Origin: Candidatus Hydrogenedentota bacterium
GTDB taxonomy: Bacteria; Hydrogenedentota; Hydrogenedentia; Hydrogenedentales; SLHB01
DNA: 64,000 nt
Assembly (NCBI GenBank): GCA_963745075.1
Contig: CAVUWV010000017.1
Location: 1 to 64,000 of the forward strand
Reading direction: 5' to 3'
Numbering within the stretch: the first letter of the stretch is position 1; the number at the start of each line of letters is the position of its first letter. The position numbers and the translations under genes were made by a program. The notes under the pieces were generated by a model, which saw only the letters and a list, made by a program, of their open reading frames with translations, was not told where the DNA came from and did not search any database. Below are positions 1 to 9,715 of the stretch, piece by piece.

Positions 1-241
1 TGCCGAACCACAGCAAGGGTAAAGCGCCCGCTGGATGACAACGCAACGCGGGGTCAAAGGCGGGCGCGGCTTCGTACGTGAGTAATCCCGCTGCGGTCCG
101 GCCGTTGCCCACGTGCTCTGCAATCGCTTCCAGACGCGGCAACACTTCGTCGATCCGGTGGGCCGTATAGACTTCCAGTGGTTCCCGGAAAGACCGCGAT
201 CCGGAACGGGAAACGAAAACTATGTCGCCGTACGCGCTCAC
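1..241 (-). CDS. pabB: Aminodeoxychorismate synthase component I, N-terminal part (runs off window start)
   Basis: Not in the ORF track. Manual translation from GTG at 241, preceded by GGAGG: MSAYGDIVF...FREPLEVYTAHRIDEVLPRLEAIAEHVGNGRTAAGLLTYEAAPAFDPAL...LPLLWFG, the typical PabB N-terminus (G-x-x-x-YEA and PLLWFG). Confidence 0.8.
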   Translation of the reverse strand, partial: MSAYGDIVFVSRSGSRSFREPLEVYTAHRIDEVLPRLEAIAEHVGNGRTAAGLLTYEAAPAFDPALRCHPAGALPLLWFG

Positions 242-344
242 GGGTATGGCCTCCAACAAGGGTGCTACATCGCAACCTCCGCGACAGCCTATCACCCCAC
301 TTGGCCGCCTTCAACGAACCTGGCAAACACGCCCGGTTGATTTC

Positions 345-3300
345 CTACGGATAGGCAACGGTTTCCGCGCCATCCAGATCCACGTGCCGCACCGATCCAT
401 CCGGCATGCGTATGTGGACGGTTCCGGCCCCGTTCAATCGCAGCTTCATGGAATTCCCGTCGTACGCGTCCACAACGACATTGACGGGGTCCACGGTTTC
501 GACTTGTACCGGGATTCGCGCCAGGATTGCCGCTTCATCCGGCCCGAGATCGATCTGCGTACGTACGGAATTTGCATCCGCCGTCGTCACAAAATCCGGC
601 CGTACCTGGTGTCCCCGCGGATCGTAGCGGTAGCCGACGTGCAAGTTGCGCGAACCCGGCCAGCCGTAGACGCCGCTGTGCAGCGTAACGATACGCTCCT
701 TTCCCCGAATGGTTCCGCTGTGCACCTCATCGACGGTGATGGGATACATGCGTGCCGGCATAGGTTCGTACGCGAGATGTTCGGGATCGCCGTAGAAGAA
801 GTAGAGGTTTCCCGCGCGCAGTTTGTTGCACACGTCGTGGTAGAGATCCTCGTCGGTCGTAATGGTGGACGGATTGCCAAGGGTGATTGGGGTCGGGGCG
901 AGGTGAACTTCGGGGCCTTCGTTCACCTCCCGGTCGATGATGAGCGGCAGGCTGCAAATGGTCCGCGTGGGCACCACCCCGTTGGCAATCACCACGCCTC
1001 CCTTGGCCCATACCTTCCGGCAGTAGGCGACCATCGCATCCTGGGTCAGCAGCAGCACAGATCCTTTCTTCCGTGTAATTGTCTTGGTGGCGGGATCAAT
1101 GTCGGCGCTGCGGCCGTCCCAGCGGTCATAGGTGTACGCGCCGCCGTAACCCCACAGAAAACCGTCCACAAAGGCACCGCGGCATCCGAGTTTGTCCATC
1201 ATAACGTCCACACTGTCGAGCATAGCCTTGCCGAAACTGTTGTCGAGGGTCGGGTAATAGATCCACCAGCGCCAATTGTCCGCCACGCGCGCGGGTGCGA
1301 AGTAGGAGCCATTCTCGTACGTATACGGATACACGACGTGATTGCCTTCCGCATCGATCACGCAGGAGTCGGCAAACCGTTCGTTGGGGCGGTTCGTTGC
1401 GTATAACTGTTGCGCAACATGAAACATCCCCTTGAGTCCCGGCCGATTCCGGTACATGGCGTCCATCATGGCGCGAATGTGGGCGCGTTCTTCGGGGTAC
1501 TCGGTAAATTCGATTCCCTCCACCGATACAGTTGGATCGTCGGTGCACCACGAAAGGCAGTAAATCGTCGCATACGCGGCGTTGCGGATGGCGTACCAAT
1601 CGGCATCCGGCACGAGACTGAGGTCGCGTTTGCGCTGCGTTCCGTGGACGAACGCCAGCGCGCCGTCCACGGTGACGTTGTTTCGGCCCTCGTCGCGCCG
1701 GATGGCATTGACGAAGTCGTAGTATTCGCCGGTTTCGTTCACATAGACAGCCCATTCCAGCGTGCGGGAAGCGCCCGCATCCAGCGCAAACTCGTCCGAA
1801 CCCAGGGCGATGCCGGAACCGTCGAAGTCGCCGCGCGCCTGGACAATGGACACGTCGTCCAGCGCAATAAGTCCCGCGCCCGAGTTGTCGAAACCGGCGA
1901 ATGTCGTCGGGCAGGACTTCAGTTCTCGGCTTGTAACCGGTTTGGAAACATTCTTCCCACCCAGCGAGGCGGCTGCTGAGACGCCGGAATTCCAGCGCAT
2001 CGTATTGCGGAAGATTATGCCCACCGGCTCCGGCGCAAGATTGGTGAACGTATCTGAGACCAGAATGCAGCCTGGTCGCCTTTCGATCCGTCGTTCCACG
2101 CGGTAGTAGCGGCCCGAACCCGTAACCTGCCAGGCTGAGGCGTCTCGCTGGAAAGTCTCTACACGCCACTCGGGTTCGCATCTATCGCCGGGCGCTGGTG
2201 AACTCGAAAACGTATTCGCGCCGCCTTGAGGGAACGAAAACGAGGACCGGACGTGCACCACCCGGTCCGCAAACGCGACATCGAATCCGCCCGAATCCGC
2301 CATGTGGACAATCGGTTCGGGCGCAGGCCGTTGCAGTGGAAGCGGACCCGCCGTGAAATCCTTCGGCAAAGGCACATCGAATGACTGTGCGGGATACGTA
2401 AACGGGATCGACGCCTCGACATTGCGGTTCGAACCGTCGACCGTGGATCGGAACGCATACCTCCCGTCTCTAAGACCGGCCAATTCGAAATCGGCCCAGA
2501 CGATCCCGCTGTTGGGCACGTCCTTCACCGCGGACTGCAAGACTGCGCCGCCGGGTCCTACCAATTGCAGCAAAGCCCGTTCTCCCGCCGCCAAGGGCTG
2601 CAGACCAAAGTAATCGGCCTCGACCCTTGCGGTGCGCTCGTCATCATAAATGAACGGTCGCACCCGGATCGTTCCGCGAGCACGGGTATCTTTTTGGAAT
2701 CGATCTGCGTTCACCCAGAAGTTCTCGGCGACCTCGGACCCGGTCAGCGCGCGGTCGAATATGGCCACTTCGTACATGCACCCGCCAAAGGATTGGCCGG
2801 GACTGGATATCTTCAGCGACATGGACCCGTTGCCCGGCGGTTTGACGGCAAAGGTTCCATCGGGTCGTCCATCCACGTACAGGGTCGCCGAATCCCCGCT
2901 GCAAACGACGCCAACCAGGAAGGTTTCCTTGTTCTGTAAGGCCGTTGCACCGAAACCGTACTGATCCGCGCCCTCTTGGCTGCTGCGATACATGAGTTTA
3001 GCCGTGGCGCCGTCGATGCGCAGGATGAATCCCTCCCGGCGATAATCCTCACAATCCACAACGGCCCAATTGGTTGCTTCGTCGGGATAGGGCGACGCAT
3101 CCAGGTGCAGCCAAGCGAGAATTGTCAGATTCGACTTTCCCCGCACAGCCGGCAAATCGCCGAGATCGACATAGTCGCCCTGGCCGTCGAAACAAAGCGC
3201 AGTTTGGCCGTTCCGATCGTGCCACGTTGCACCGACGATGGACCCGTTACTGCCTCCAACTCCATGGCCCTGAATCTGTTGGCCACTGCCTGCGTCGAAG

Positions 3301-3383
3301 ACATACCGGATAGGTCCCGTTTCGGAGTGGCCGATGACCACCACCAACAGCACGGCCGAAGCAAACAGCATTCGTCCAATCAT
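345..3383 (-). CDS. Secreted LamG (concanavalin A-like) domain protein with putative glycoside-hydrolase-like C-terminal barrel
   Basis: 1012-aa ORF with signal peptide and RBS AAGGAG. LamG motifs ALCFDGQGDYV, LYVDG, EVAIFDRALT. Aromatic-rich C-terminal region with GAFVDGFLW and GGVVIANG. Confidence 0.7.
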   Translation of the reverse strand: MIGRMLFASAVLLVVVIGHSETGPIRYVFDAGSGQQIQGHGVGGSNGSIVGATWHDRNGQTALCFDGQGDYVDLGDLPAVRGKSNLTILAWLHLDASPYPDEATNWAVVDCEDYRREGFILRIDGATAKLMYRSSQEGADQYGFGATALQNKETFLVGVVCSGDSATLYVDGRPDGTFAVKPPGNGSMSLKISSPGQSFGGCMYEVAIFDRALTGSEVAENFWVNADRFQKDTRARGTIRVRPFIYDDERTARVEADYFGLQPLAAGERALLQLVGPGGAVLQSAVKDVPNSGIVWADFELAGLRDGRYAFRSTVDGSNRNVEASIPFTYPAQSFDVPLPKDFTAGPLPLQRPAPEPIVHMADSGGFDVAFADRVVHVRSSFSFPQGGANTFSSSPAPGDRCEPEWRVETFQRDASAWQVTGSGRYYRVERRIERRPGCILVSDTFTNLAPEPVGIIFRNTMRWNSGVSAAASLGGKNVSKPVTSRELKSCPTTFAGFDNSGAGLIALDDVSIVQARGDFDGSGIALGSDEFALDAGASRTLEWAVYVNETGEYYDFVNAIRRDEGRNNVTVDGALAFVHGTQRKRDLSLVPDADWYAIRNAAYATIYCLSWCTDDPTVSVEGIEFTEYPEERAHIRAMMDAMYRNRPGLKGMFHVAQQLYATNRPNERFADSCVIDAEGNHVVYPYTYENGSYFAPARVADNWRWWIYYPTLDNSFGKAMLDSVDVMMDKLGCRGAFVDGFLWGYGGAYTYDRWDGRSADIDPATKTITRKKGSVLLLTQDAMVAYCRKVWAKGGVVIANGVVPTRTICSLPLIIDREVNEGPEVHLAPTPITLGNPSTITTDEDLYHDVCNKLRAGNLYFFYGDPEHLAYEPMPARMYPITVDEVHSGTIRGKERIVTLHSGVYGWPGSRNLHVGYRYDPRGHQVRPDFVTTADANSVRTQIDLGPDEAAILARIPVQVETVDPVNVVVDAYDGNSMKLRLNGAGTVHIRMPDGSVRHVDLDGAETVAYP

Positions 3384-3567
3384 CTCATTGGCTCCTTGTT
3401 GGGGGGATCATAGCGCTTTTTTGCTTTGGAATACCCCTCGCGACAAAGTGTGAATAGCGGAAAACTCGATGCATTTGCGGTAGTTTACTCCAACGTGCTA
3501 AACTCGGCTGTTTTTCCTGCGCATCGCGACATTTCGACCCACAAACGCAAGAGGGAGGAGGTCTCCA

Positions 3568-4855
3568 ATGGCGAAGCTTGCAATCAACGGCGGCAAACCG
3601 GTCCGGGGTAAGTCGGGCAAGTGGCCCCAATGGCCGGTGCACGATGCCGGTGATGTGAACCTGTTAGCGGCTATCACAAAGTCGAACCGTTGGTCGTACG
3701 ACGGACCTTACGAATGGCAGTTCGCCAAGGAGTTCGCCGCGTACCATAAGTCCAAGCACGGCATCTGCTGCGCCAACGGCACGGTGGGTATTCAGCTTGC
3801 CCTCGAGGCCCTTAACATCGGCGCGGGTGACGAGGTCATCGTGCCCGGTCTAACATGGCAGGCGACGGCTGCCGCGGTGTTGGACGTAAATGCCATTCCG
3901 GTGTTAGTCGATGTGGAACCGGACACGTGGTGCATCAGCGTTCCCGCTATTGAAGCCGCCATCACGCGTAAGACCAAAGCGGTCATCGTTGTGCATCTTT
4001 ATGGTTGCATGGCGGACATGACCAAGATCCAAAAGCTCTGTAAGCAGAAGGGCATTTACCTGGTCGAAGATTGCGCGCATCAGCATGGCGCGTTTTGGAA
4101 AGGCAAGGGCGTTGGTGCCTTGGGCGACATCTCGTCCTTCAGCTTTCAGGAGAGCAAAGTTCTCTCGAGCGGTGAGGGCGGTTTCAACATGACTCAGGAC
4201 CGCGTGCTGTTCGAGCGCCTTTATTCGCTTCGCAACTGTGGACGCGGGTACAAAGACGACATGACCAACAGCATTCAATCCGGCAACTATCGCCTCACCG
4301 AGTGGCAGGCCGGAATGCTGCTCGGCGGTCTAGGACGTTCTCGACGGCCAGGTCAAACTGCGCGATGAAAATGCGATCTATCTCAACAAACAACTGGCGG
4401 AAATCCCGGGCGTTCTCCCGATGCGCCGCCGGAAAGAGATCGCGCAGGCGAGCTATTTCAATTTTACGTTCCGGCTGGACTGGTCCAAGATTGGGCGGAA
4501 GAACCTGACCAACGCCCACTTCTGCGCCGCGCTGGCGGCGGAAACGCGCGCCGGGTTCGAGCCGCCATACGAGCCGTTGAACGCGTGCGGACTCTATAAG
4601 CCGCAGACCAAACGCCGCCACAAGGTCAATCCGGAATACTGGAAGAAGATCAATCCGAAGCGGTTCAAACTTCCCATGTGCGAAGACGCGCACCGAATGA
4701 CCGGTGTGGCGGTCCATCATCACATCCTGCTGGGTACGCAAAAAGACATGGACGACATCGCGAAGGCCGTGGCGAAAGTCGTCGAGAACATCGACGAACT
4801 GAAAGCGGATTCGCCCCAGGCCCTGCGCAAGAAGTACCGCGCCCTCGCGATCTAG
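3568..4855 (+). pseudogene. DegT/DnrJ/EryC1/StrS PLP aminotransferase (scyllo-inosose/AHBA-synthase-like), split by a +1 frameshift near 4339; may be a sequencing error
   Basis: Motifs MAKLAINGGKPVR..WPQWP, EDCAHQHG, SFSFQESKVLSSGEGG (PLP Lys) and GNYRLTEWQA. Removing one T at 4338/4339 joins ORF 3568-4368 to the frame of ORF 4421-4855 (GR-LDGQVKLRDENAIYLNKQLAEIPG). Confidence 0.88.
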
Positions 4856-4876
4856 GCGAACGATTTAGAAGATTAT

Positions 4877-4919
4877 GCGGCCCCTTCTCATTTAACGGAA
4901 GGGGCCGCGTGCTCTTTTT
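4877..4919 (+). terminator. Rho-independent terminator after the aminotransferase
   Basis: Stem GCGGCCCCTTC (4877-4887) / GAAGGGGCCGC (4898-4908), followed by GTGCTCTTTTT. Confidence 0.7.
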
Positions 4920-5099
4920 GGAGGGCGGGTTGTCGTACCCGCCATACGAAGGCTTGCACCGACGCGGAGGCCGAAGGTAATTGAGGATGGCCTTACGTTT
5001 GGGCGTCGCTAATTTGGACGTTTCGCTGGTCAATGCGTCGCTGACATGGCAGGTAGGAAACCCCGCGCTCCATTGGGACGTGTGCTGGAAGCTGGCTTG

Positions 5100-5138
5100 A
5101 AAAGCGAATGGCCCCGCATCTTTGGAACGCGGGGCCAT
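5100..5138 (-). terminator. Rho-independent terminator after the transketolase-like gene
   Basis: Stem ATGGCCCCGC (5108-5117) / GCGGGGCCAT (5129-5138); the minus strand continues TCGCTTTT. Confidence 0.65.
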
Positions 5139-5164
5139 CCTGATCCGACGGAGAAATGTGTGGA

Positions 5165-7069
5165 CTATACGGCCAGTTCCTGAATCTTCTTCAAGATATT
5201 GTCCGGGGCCAGACCCTGGTAGGGAACGTGCTCGGGAATGCCGCCGTTGCCGGGGCGCACAACGCCCATGTATTCGTAACTCGGCGAGTGCCCGGCTTCC
5301 AGCAGCCAACTGCCGAAGCGTGAACCGAGTCCGGTGATCCGGTTTTGTCCTTCGACGACTAACACAAAGTGGGTCGAACCGATTCGGTCAATGCAGACGG
5401 GGTCGGGCAGATTCAGTGTCGCCTTGTTAATCAGCCCCACGTCGATGCCCAGTCCTCGCGCCCGTTCGACCGCGTCCAGCGCACGATACAGCATTTCACC
5501 GTACGACACCACGTATCCCTGCGTGCCTTCCCGGATGACTTCGTCTTTGCCGGGCACAAACTTGTATTTGTTCTCCTCCGAGAAGTACTTGCTGCGGTTC
5601 CCGCGCAGGATGAACGGCGTCTTGGATCGATTGGTGAAGATGAACCGGATGCCCGGATCGTCCCAGACCGTTTCGACGATTGCCTTTAATTGCAGGGCGT
5701 CGGCCGCGAAGTAGAGCCGCGTGCCGTCACCCATTTCTTCGAGCCCGTTATTGCCGAAAAAGACGTTAATCCCGTAGTGGCAGGTGTTGTCGGCAATCTC
5801 GTCGACCCCGGCATGGGAGAAATGGCAAATCACGTTGGATTCGTTCAGCCGCGCCATCGTGACTTCCGATACGATCATCTCGAGGAACGCGGAGAACGTG
5901 CTGAAGATCCCCTGCTTGCCCGTGGTGAACCCGAAACCGGCCGCCGCCGAGAAATTGCCGCGCTCTTCGACACCGCCGTTGATACAGACTTCCGGGTGTT
6001 CCTTGCGGATGGTGTTCAGTCCGGTCGAGCCTTCCAGGTCGCTGTCCACGACCAACACACTCGCGACGCGCTGCTCCTCGGACATGCGATCGAGAATCCC
6101 GTTTACGATCTTGCCGAATTCGGAACGGTTGCTCGCCATTTCCTCCGTCGAACCCAGGAACGTAACCTTCGATTTTGAGACCGTCACGGAATTCAGGTAT
6201 TCGACGGCTTCGGTCAGGCCGCGCGCGGTCAGATACTCGATAGCGGGGTCTTTCTTGATGACGTCGTGGCCCGCGTGGTTGCCTTCGATTCCGGGGACGC
6301 CCGGCGCCATCACGCGTTTGTTGACCACGGCCACGGGACCTTCGGTCGCCACGGCTTTTTGCATGCGGGCGTACAAGGCTTCGATGTCTTCTCCGTCGCC
6401 GGTATCGACCGTCAATCCATGCCCTTCGAGGGTCCGCGAAACGTCGTAGCCGGGCAGGTAGTTCGAGGGATGGCCGGAAATGGTGACGTCATTGTCATCC
6501 ACGACAACCTTGACGTTCAGCTTTTGCGCGACCGCGAACCGCGCCGCCTCTGCGTCGTTGCCTTCCTGCTGGGACCCGTCGCTGCCGAACAGAAAGACCG
6601 TCTTGTCCGGATGGGCTTTCGCGACGCCGTTGACGAACGGCCACATGTGGCCCAAACGCCCCGAACTGAATTTGATGCCCAGTTCCGGGTCCAGTTCGGG
6701 ATGTCCGAAGAGACCATGCCCGTATTCGCGGTAGTGCAACAGTTTTTCAAAGGGCATGTCGCCGTTAAAAGCCGCCAGTGCATATTGGATCGCCACGCGA
6801 TGACCCGCCTCGTCGAAGCAAGCGGGATAAACCTTGTCGCTGCCTCGCATAAATGCGTCCGCAATAAGCACTTCCGGCACGATGCTGTACGCGCCGCCGG
6901 TATGCCCTGCCAGCCCTTTGATGCCCGCGATGGCCGTGTAGAAGACGATAGTGTCGCGGTAGAGCTGGATGTTCGTTTTCAAAAGTTCAAGCTGTTCCTT
7001 GGTCAACGCCGGCTGAGACGGATCCAGGGAAAGCGGCTTGTACGAAGCTACATTAATCGGAAAACTCAT
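5165..7069 (-). CDS. Transketolase-like thiamine diphosphate enzyme (634 aa)
   Basis: Motifs GHTGG, DEAGH, GHPE, SSGRLGH, ThDP-binding SDGSQQEG...DDND, DSDLEGST, GVEE, STFSAF, HFSHAG. Start at ATG 7069 after a GAAGGGG RBS; the longer ORF-track start is not protein-like. Confidence 0.85.
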   Translation of the reverse strand: MSFPINVASYKPLSLDPSQPALTKEQLELLKTNIQLYRDTIVFYTAIAGIKGLAGHTGGAYSIVPEVLIADAFMRGSDKVYPACFDEAGHRVAIQYALAAFNGDMPFEKLLHYREYGHGLFGHPELDPELGIKFSSGRLGHMWPFVNGVAKAHPDKTVFLFGSDGSQQEGNDAEAARFAVAQKLNVKVVVDDNDVTISGHPSNYLPGYDVSRTLEGHGLTVDTGDGEDIEALYARMQKAVATEGPVAVVNKRVMAPGVPGIEGNHAGHDVIKKDPAIEYLTARGLTEAVEYLNSVTVSKSKVTFLGSTEEMASNRSEFGKIVNGILDRMSEEQRVASVLVVDSDLEGSTGLNTIRKEHPEVCINGGVEERGNFSAAAGFGFTTGKQGIFSTFSAFLEMIVSEVTMARLNESNVICHFSHAGVDEIADNTCHYGINVFFGNNGLEEMGDGTRLYFAADALQLKAIVETVWDDPGIRFIFTNRSKTPFILRGNRSKYFSEENKYKFVPGKDEVIREGTQGYVVSYGEMLYRALDAVERARGLGIDVGLINKATLNLPDPVCIDRIGSTHFVLVVEGQNRITGLGSRFGSWLLEAGHSPSYEYMGVVRPGNGGIPEHVPYQGLAPDNILKKIQELAV

Positions 7070-7367
7070 GGTGCATACCCCTTCCATGTGGATTTCTGGG
7101 AAAGCGCCGGGCGGCGCCCAAGCCGCGTTCGGCGGGCCGAGTATATCATTTTTGAGCGGGCGAATTCCTGTGGTAGGCCGAAGGCGAATCCCTGGGTTAA
7201 CCGGTCCTTCCGAACGCACAGCCCCGGATGGGGCGAAGGAAGCAGAATCGTTTTCTGCGCCCTGCTCAGAGCTTTTGATAGGCTCATCTCCCATTCCCGG
7301 GGACCGATACTCTCGTCCCATTGTGGTTTGGCTCGGGTTTGTCCGCGCAATGAGAAAGACCCCCCTC

Positions 7368-7664
7368 TGTTTTTGACGAAACAAGGGGGTGTGTGCGGAG
7401 GTGAGGGCGCGTTCGGTGTTGTTTTTCATGGAAGGCGTTCCCCTCATAAATATAGATCGGGTGGACGGTTGCACGGGAAGTAGGCGGGAGACGGGAGTCC
7501 GGAGAACTCGGGGGGGGCAATTGTTTTTTTGACGAGACAAGGGGGGTGTGCCGGGGGTGGTCCCCGCGTTCGCGAGGATATGAGGCGTGTTCGGTGCGGT
7601 TTGTCATGGGCGGAGTTCTCCTTATAGATATAGACCGCGGCGTTGCACCGGAATCAGCGTGGAG
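7368..7664. repeat. Diverged tandem duplication (two ~120-140 bp units)
   Basis: Units at ~7368-7490 and ~7522-7664 share TTTTTGACGA.ACAAGGGGG(G)TGTG, GCG.GTTCGGTG, TCATGG, TA.ATATAGA and GTTGCAC.GGAA in the same order. Confidence 0.75.
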
Positions 7665-7778
7665 GTTTGGCCGTAGCGGCATCGAATGGCCCCCGCTATT
7701 TAGAGATGAAGCCTCTGGCAGGGGGTGTTGCGTGGGACCCAAGGTTCCGCTTCGCTTCATCAGGCCTGGGGCGTGTGA

Positions 7779-9494
7779 CTACATTCCATCATCCCGTTCG
7801 GGGCTTAAATTGCCGCTCGAATTCGGTTTGTGTCGCTCCAGCGCCAAGATCTCGCGGGTTTCGAACCCGAGCCAGGAGAAATAAGGGAATCGCCGGACGA
7901 TTTCGTAGGTTGGCTGCGGTGTCATGGTGACTTTGTAGCGGTCGTGAATGACCCACCAGCCTTTCTCACCCTGATTTCCGGCGTTGGTGGTCTTCGTACG
8001 TTTCAGGAACTCCTCGCTGGTGTACCAGCCGTTGAACTCATACCCGCCGTCGATTTGGTAGTCCTTGGCGCCGAGTTCGGTGTGAAGATAGGCGATGGCA
8101 TCCCACCGCGCGTGGTTCCAGGCCATGTAGTCTTGCAGGCCCACCAGCGAGAACACATACAGGGCAGCACAGGCAAACGCCACGGGCCGAAACCAACCCC
8201 GAGGAGCACGGGTTGGCAAGGCCCCGGCGGCCAGCAGCACAAAGGGCGGAACGGCGGCCAACAGATAGCGGTCGTAGTAAATGACCGTGCGCGAATTGTA
8301 CGGCGCGAGTACGAGGAGGGCGCCAAGTAGAAACAGGAATCCGAACTGGAGGCGGCGACAGTAGAGCGGCGCCGCCATTTTTGGGTGGGGCGAACGGCGA
8401 AAGAGGGTGCCGACGATGGCGCCAATGCACACCGCGGCCGAAAGCAGCGCCATCGCGGTAATTGCCCACAAAACGATCCGAGGCGCCGTCACCGGCGACC
8501 AGGGATTCCAGATGGAATAGGTGTCTTTCAAGAGAATGGGGCCAATGCCGAAATCGCGAAGTATGTTTGGGAAACGGGGGAGCGGTCTACGGTCCCGCAG
8601 CAGGCCAAGGACCAGCAGCGCTGCGACCGCCGCGGATGTGGCGAGTTGCGGTACCGAACGACATCGCCCATCGCGAAGCCATCGCCAGGCGATACCTGCG
8701 CCGATCGGCACCAGGAACAATCCCAGCGTCAAGGCGATGGAGATGGTTAGAACGGCCATGTGGCCCGGATCCAGATTGTCCAAGAAACCGCGCATGAGCG
8801 CGTGGGGCGGCGTGTAGATGTGCTGTCCGGTGGCCTGGAGGTAAAGAACGATCAATCCCGCGATGACCCATGGTCCAAACAGCGCCGCGACCGATCCGAA
8901 TCCCACACCGCGCCGGAAGCGAATCCACCACAGCACCGCCGTAAACGCGAAGGCAACGACAATTAGTACGCCGAATTGGCGGTTGAAGAAACTCAGGGCG
9001 GCAAGTCCGCTTCCAATGAAAACATGGAATGTGGACCCCGACCGCAGGGCCTTCAGCAAAAACAGGCACGAGAAGACAAGGCCGCAAAGAAACGGAACGT
9101 CCGACATGAAGGTGTATGACAGATTTAGAAAGAGCGGGTTGCAGAAGACGACCGCCGCGGCTGCCAGTGCGACCCGTCGCGCAAACCCCAGTTCGCGTCC
9201 GCACAACGCGACACCCCATGCGGACAGCAGGGCGAGGATCAGTGTCGAGGCGCGAAGCACGGTGAAGGAGAACCCGAAGATCTTCACGAAGGGCAGGGCC
9301 CACAGCGTCTGGACCAATGCGTAGGCCTGGGCGTAGGGGTGGATACGCAGCGACCCTTCCGTTGCGAGACGCTGGACCATTTTCCCGTAGACCCAGTCGT
9401 CGTTGAGCGGGAAATTGCCCACGGGGGAAACCATGCAGACCGTCAATCCCATGAGAGCGAGGAGCGGAATGAAGATTCGTGCGGCGCGCTTCAC
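7779..9494 (-). CDS. ArnT/PMT-like (GT-C fold) membrane glycosyltransferase
   Basis: NFPLNDDWVY acidic loop after the first TM helix, NPLFLNLSYTFMSDVPF, RQ, YYDRYLL and many TM helices. Start taken at GTG 9494 (uncertain; ORF extends to 9590). Confidence 0.75.
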   Translation of the reverse strand: MKRAARIFIPLLALMGLTVCMVSPVGNFPLNDDWVYGKMVQRLATEGSLRIHPYAQAYALVQTLWALPFVKIFGFSFTVLRASTLILALLSAWGVALCGRELGFARRVALAAAAVVFCNPLFLNLSYTFMSDVPFLCGLVFSCLFLLKALRSGSTFHVFIGSGLAALSFFNRQFGVLIVVAFAFTAVLWWIRFRRGVGFGSVAALFGPWVIAGLIVLYLQATGQHIYTPPHALMRGFLDNLDPGHMAVLTISIALTLGLFLVPIGAGIAWRWLRDGRCRSVPQLATSAAVAALLVLGLLRDRRPLPRFPNILRDFGIGPILLKDTYSIWNPWSPVTAPRIVLWAITAMALLSAAVCIGAIVGTLFRRSPHPKMAAPLYCRRLQFGFLFLLGALLVLAPYNSRTVIYYDRYLLAAVPPFVLLAAGALPTRAPRGWFRPVAFACAALYVFSLVGLQDYMAWNHARWDAIAYLHTELGAKDYQIDGGYEFNGWYTSEEFLKRTKTTNAGNQGEKGWWVIHDRYKVTMTPQPTYEIVRRFPYFSWLGFETREILALERHKPNSSGNLSPERDDGM

Positions 9495-9715
9495 TCCCGC
9501 ATTCCCTCTGGCGCGTCGCTCAGCAATGTGAACGTTCCTTTCTCGCAGTTCGGCAGCCGTGTAATCTGCTCCGACGCCAGTATGTGGCACGGACTACGGC
9601 CGTGCAAGCCCCGGTTTGGCACGATGATCCAGCGTCAGTATAATGGCGTCTCCATGTATTGGCTGCCAGTACGTAGTTCAGTGGTACCGCCCGGAAAGGA
9701 TTGCAACCCACGGTG

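Noticed and set aside
7070..7540. 157-aa N-terminal extension of the transketolase in the 791-aa ORF
   Set aside because: Low-complexity, not enzyme-like, and runs through the duplicated intergenic units; a good RBS precedes ATG 7069.
7705..7770. Degenerate REP-like hairpin CCCAAGGTTCCGCTTCGCTTCATCAGGCCTGGG
   Set aside because: Pairing is weak and there is only one copy in the window; cannot be supported without a genome-wide search.
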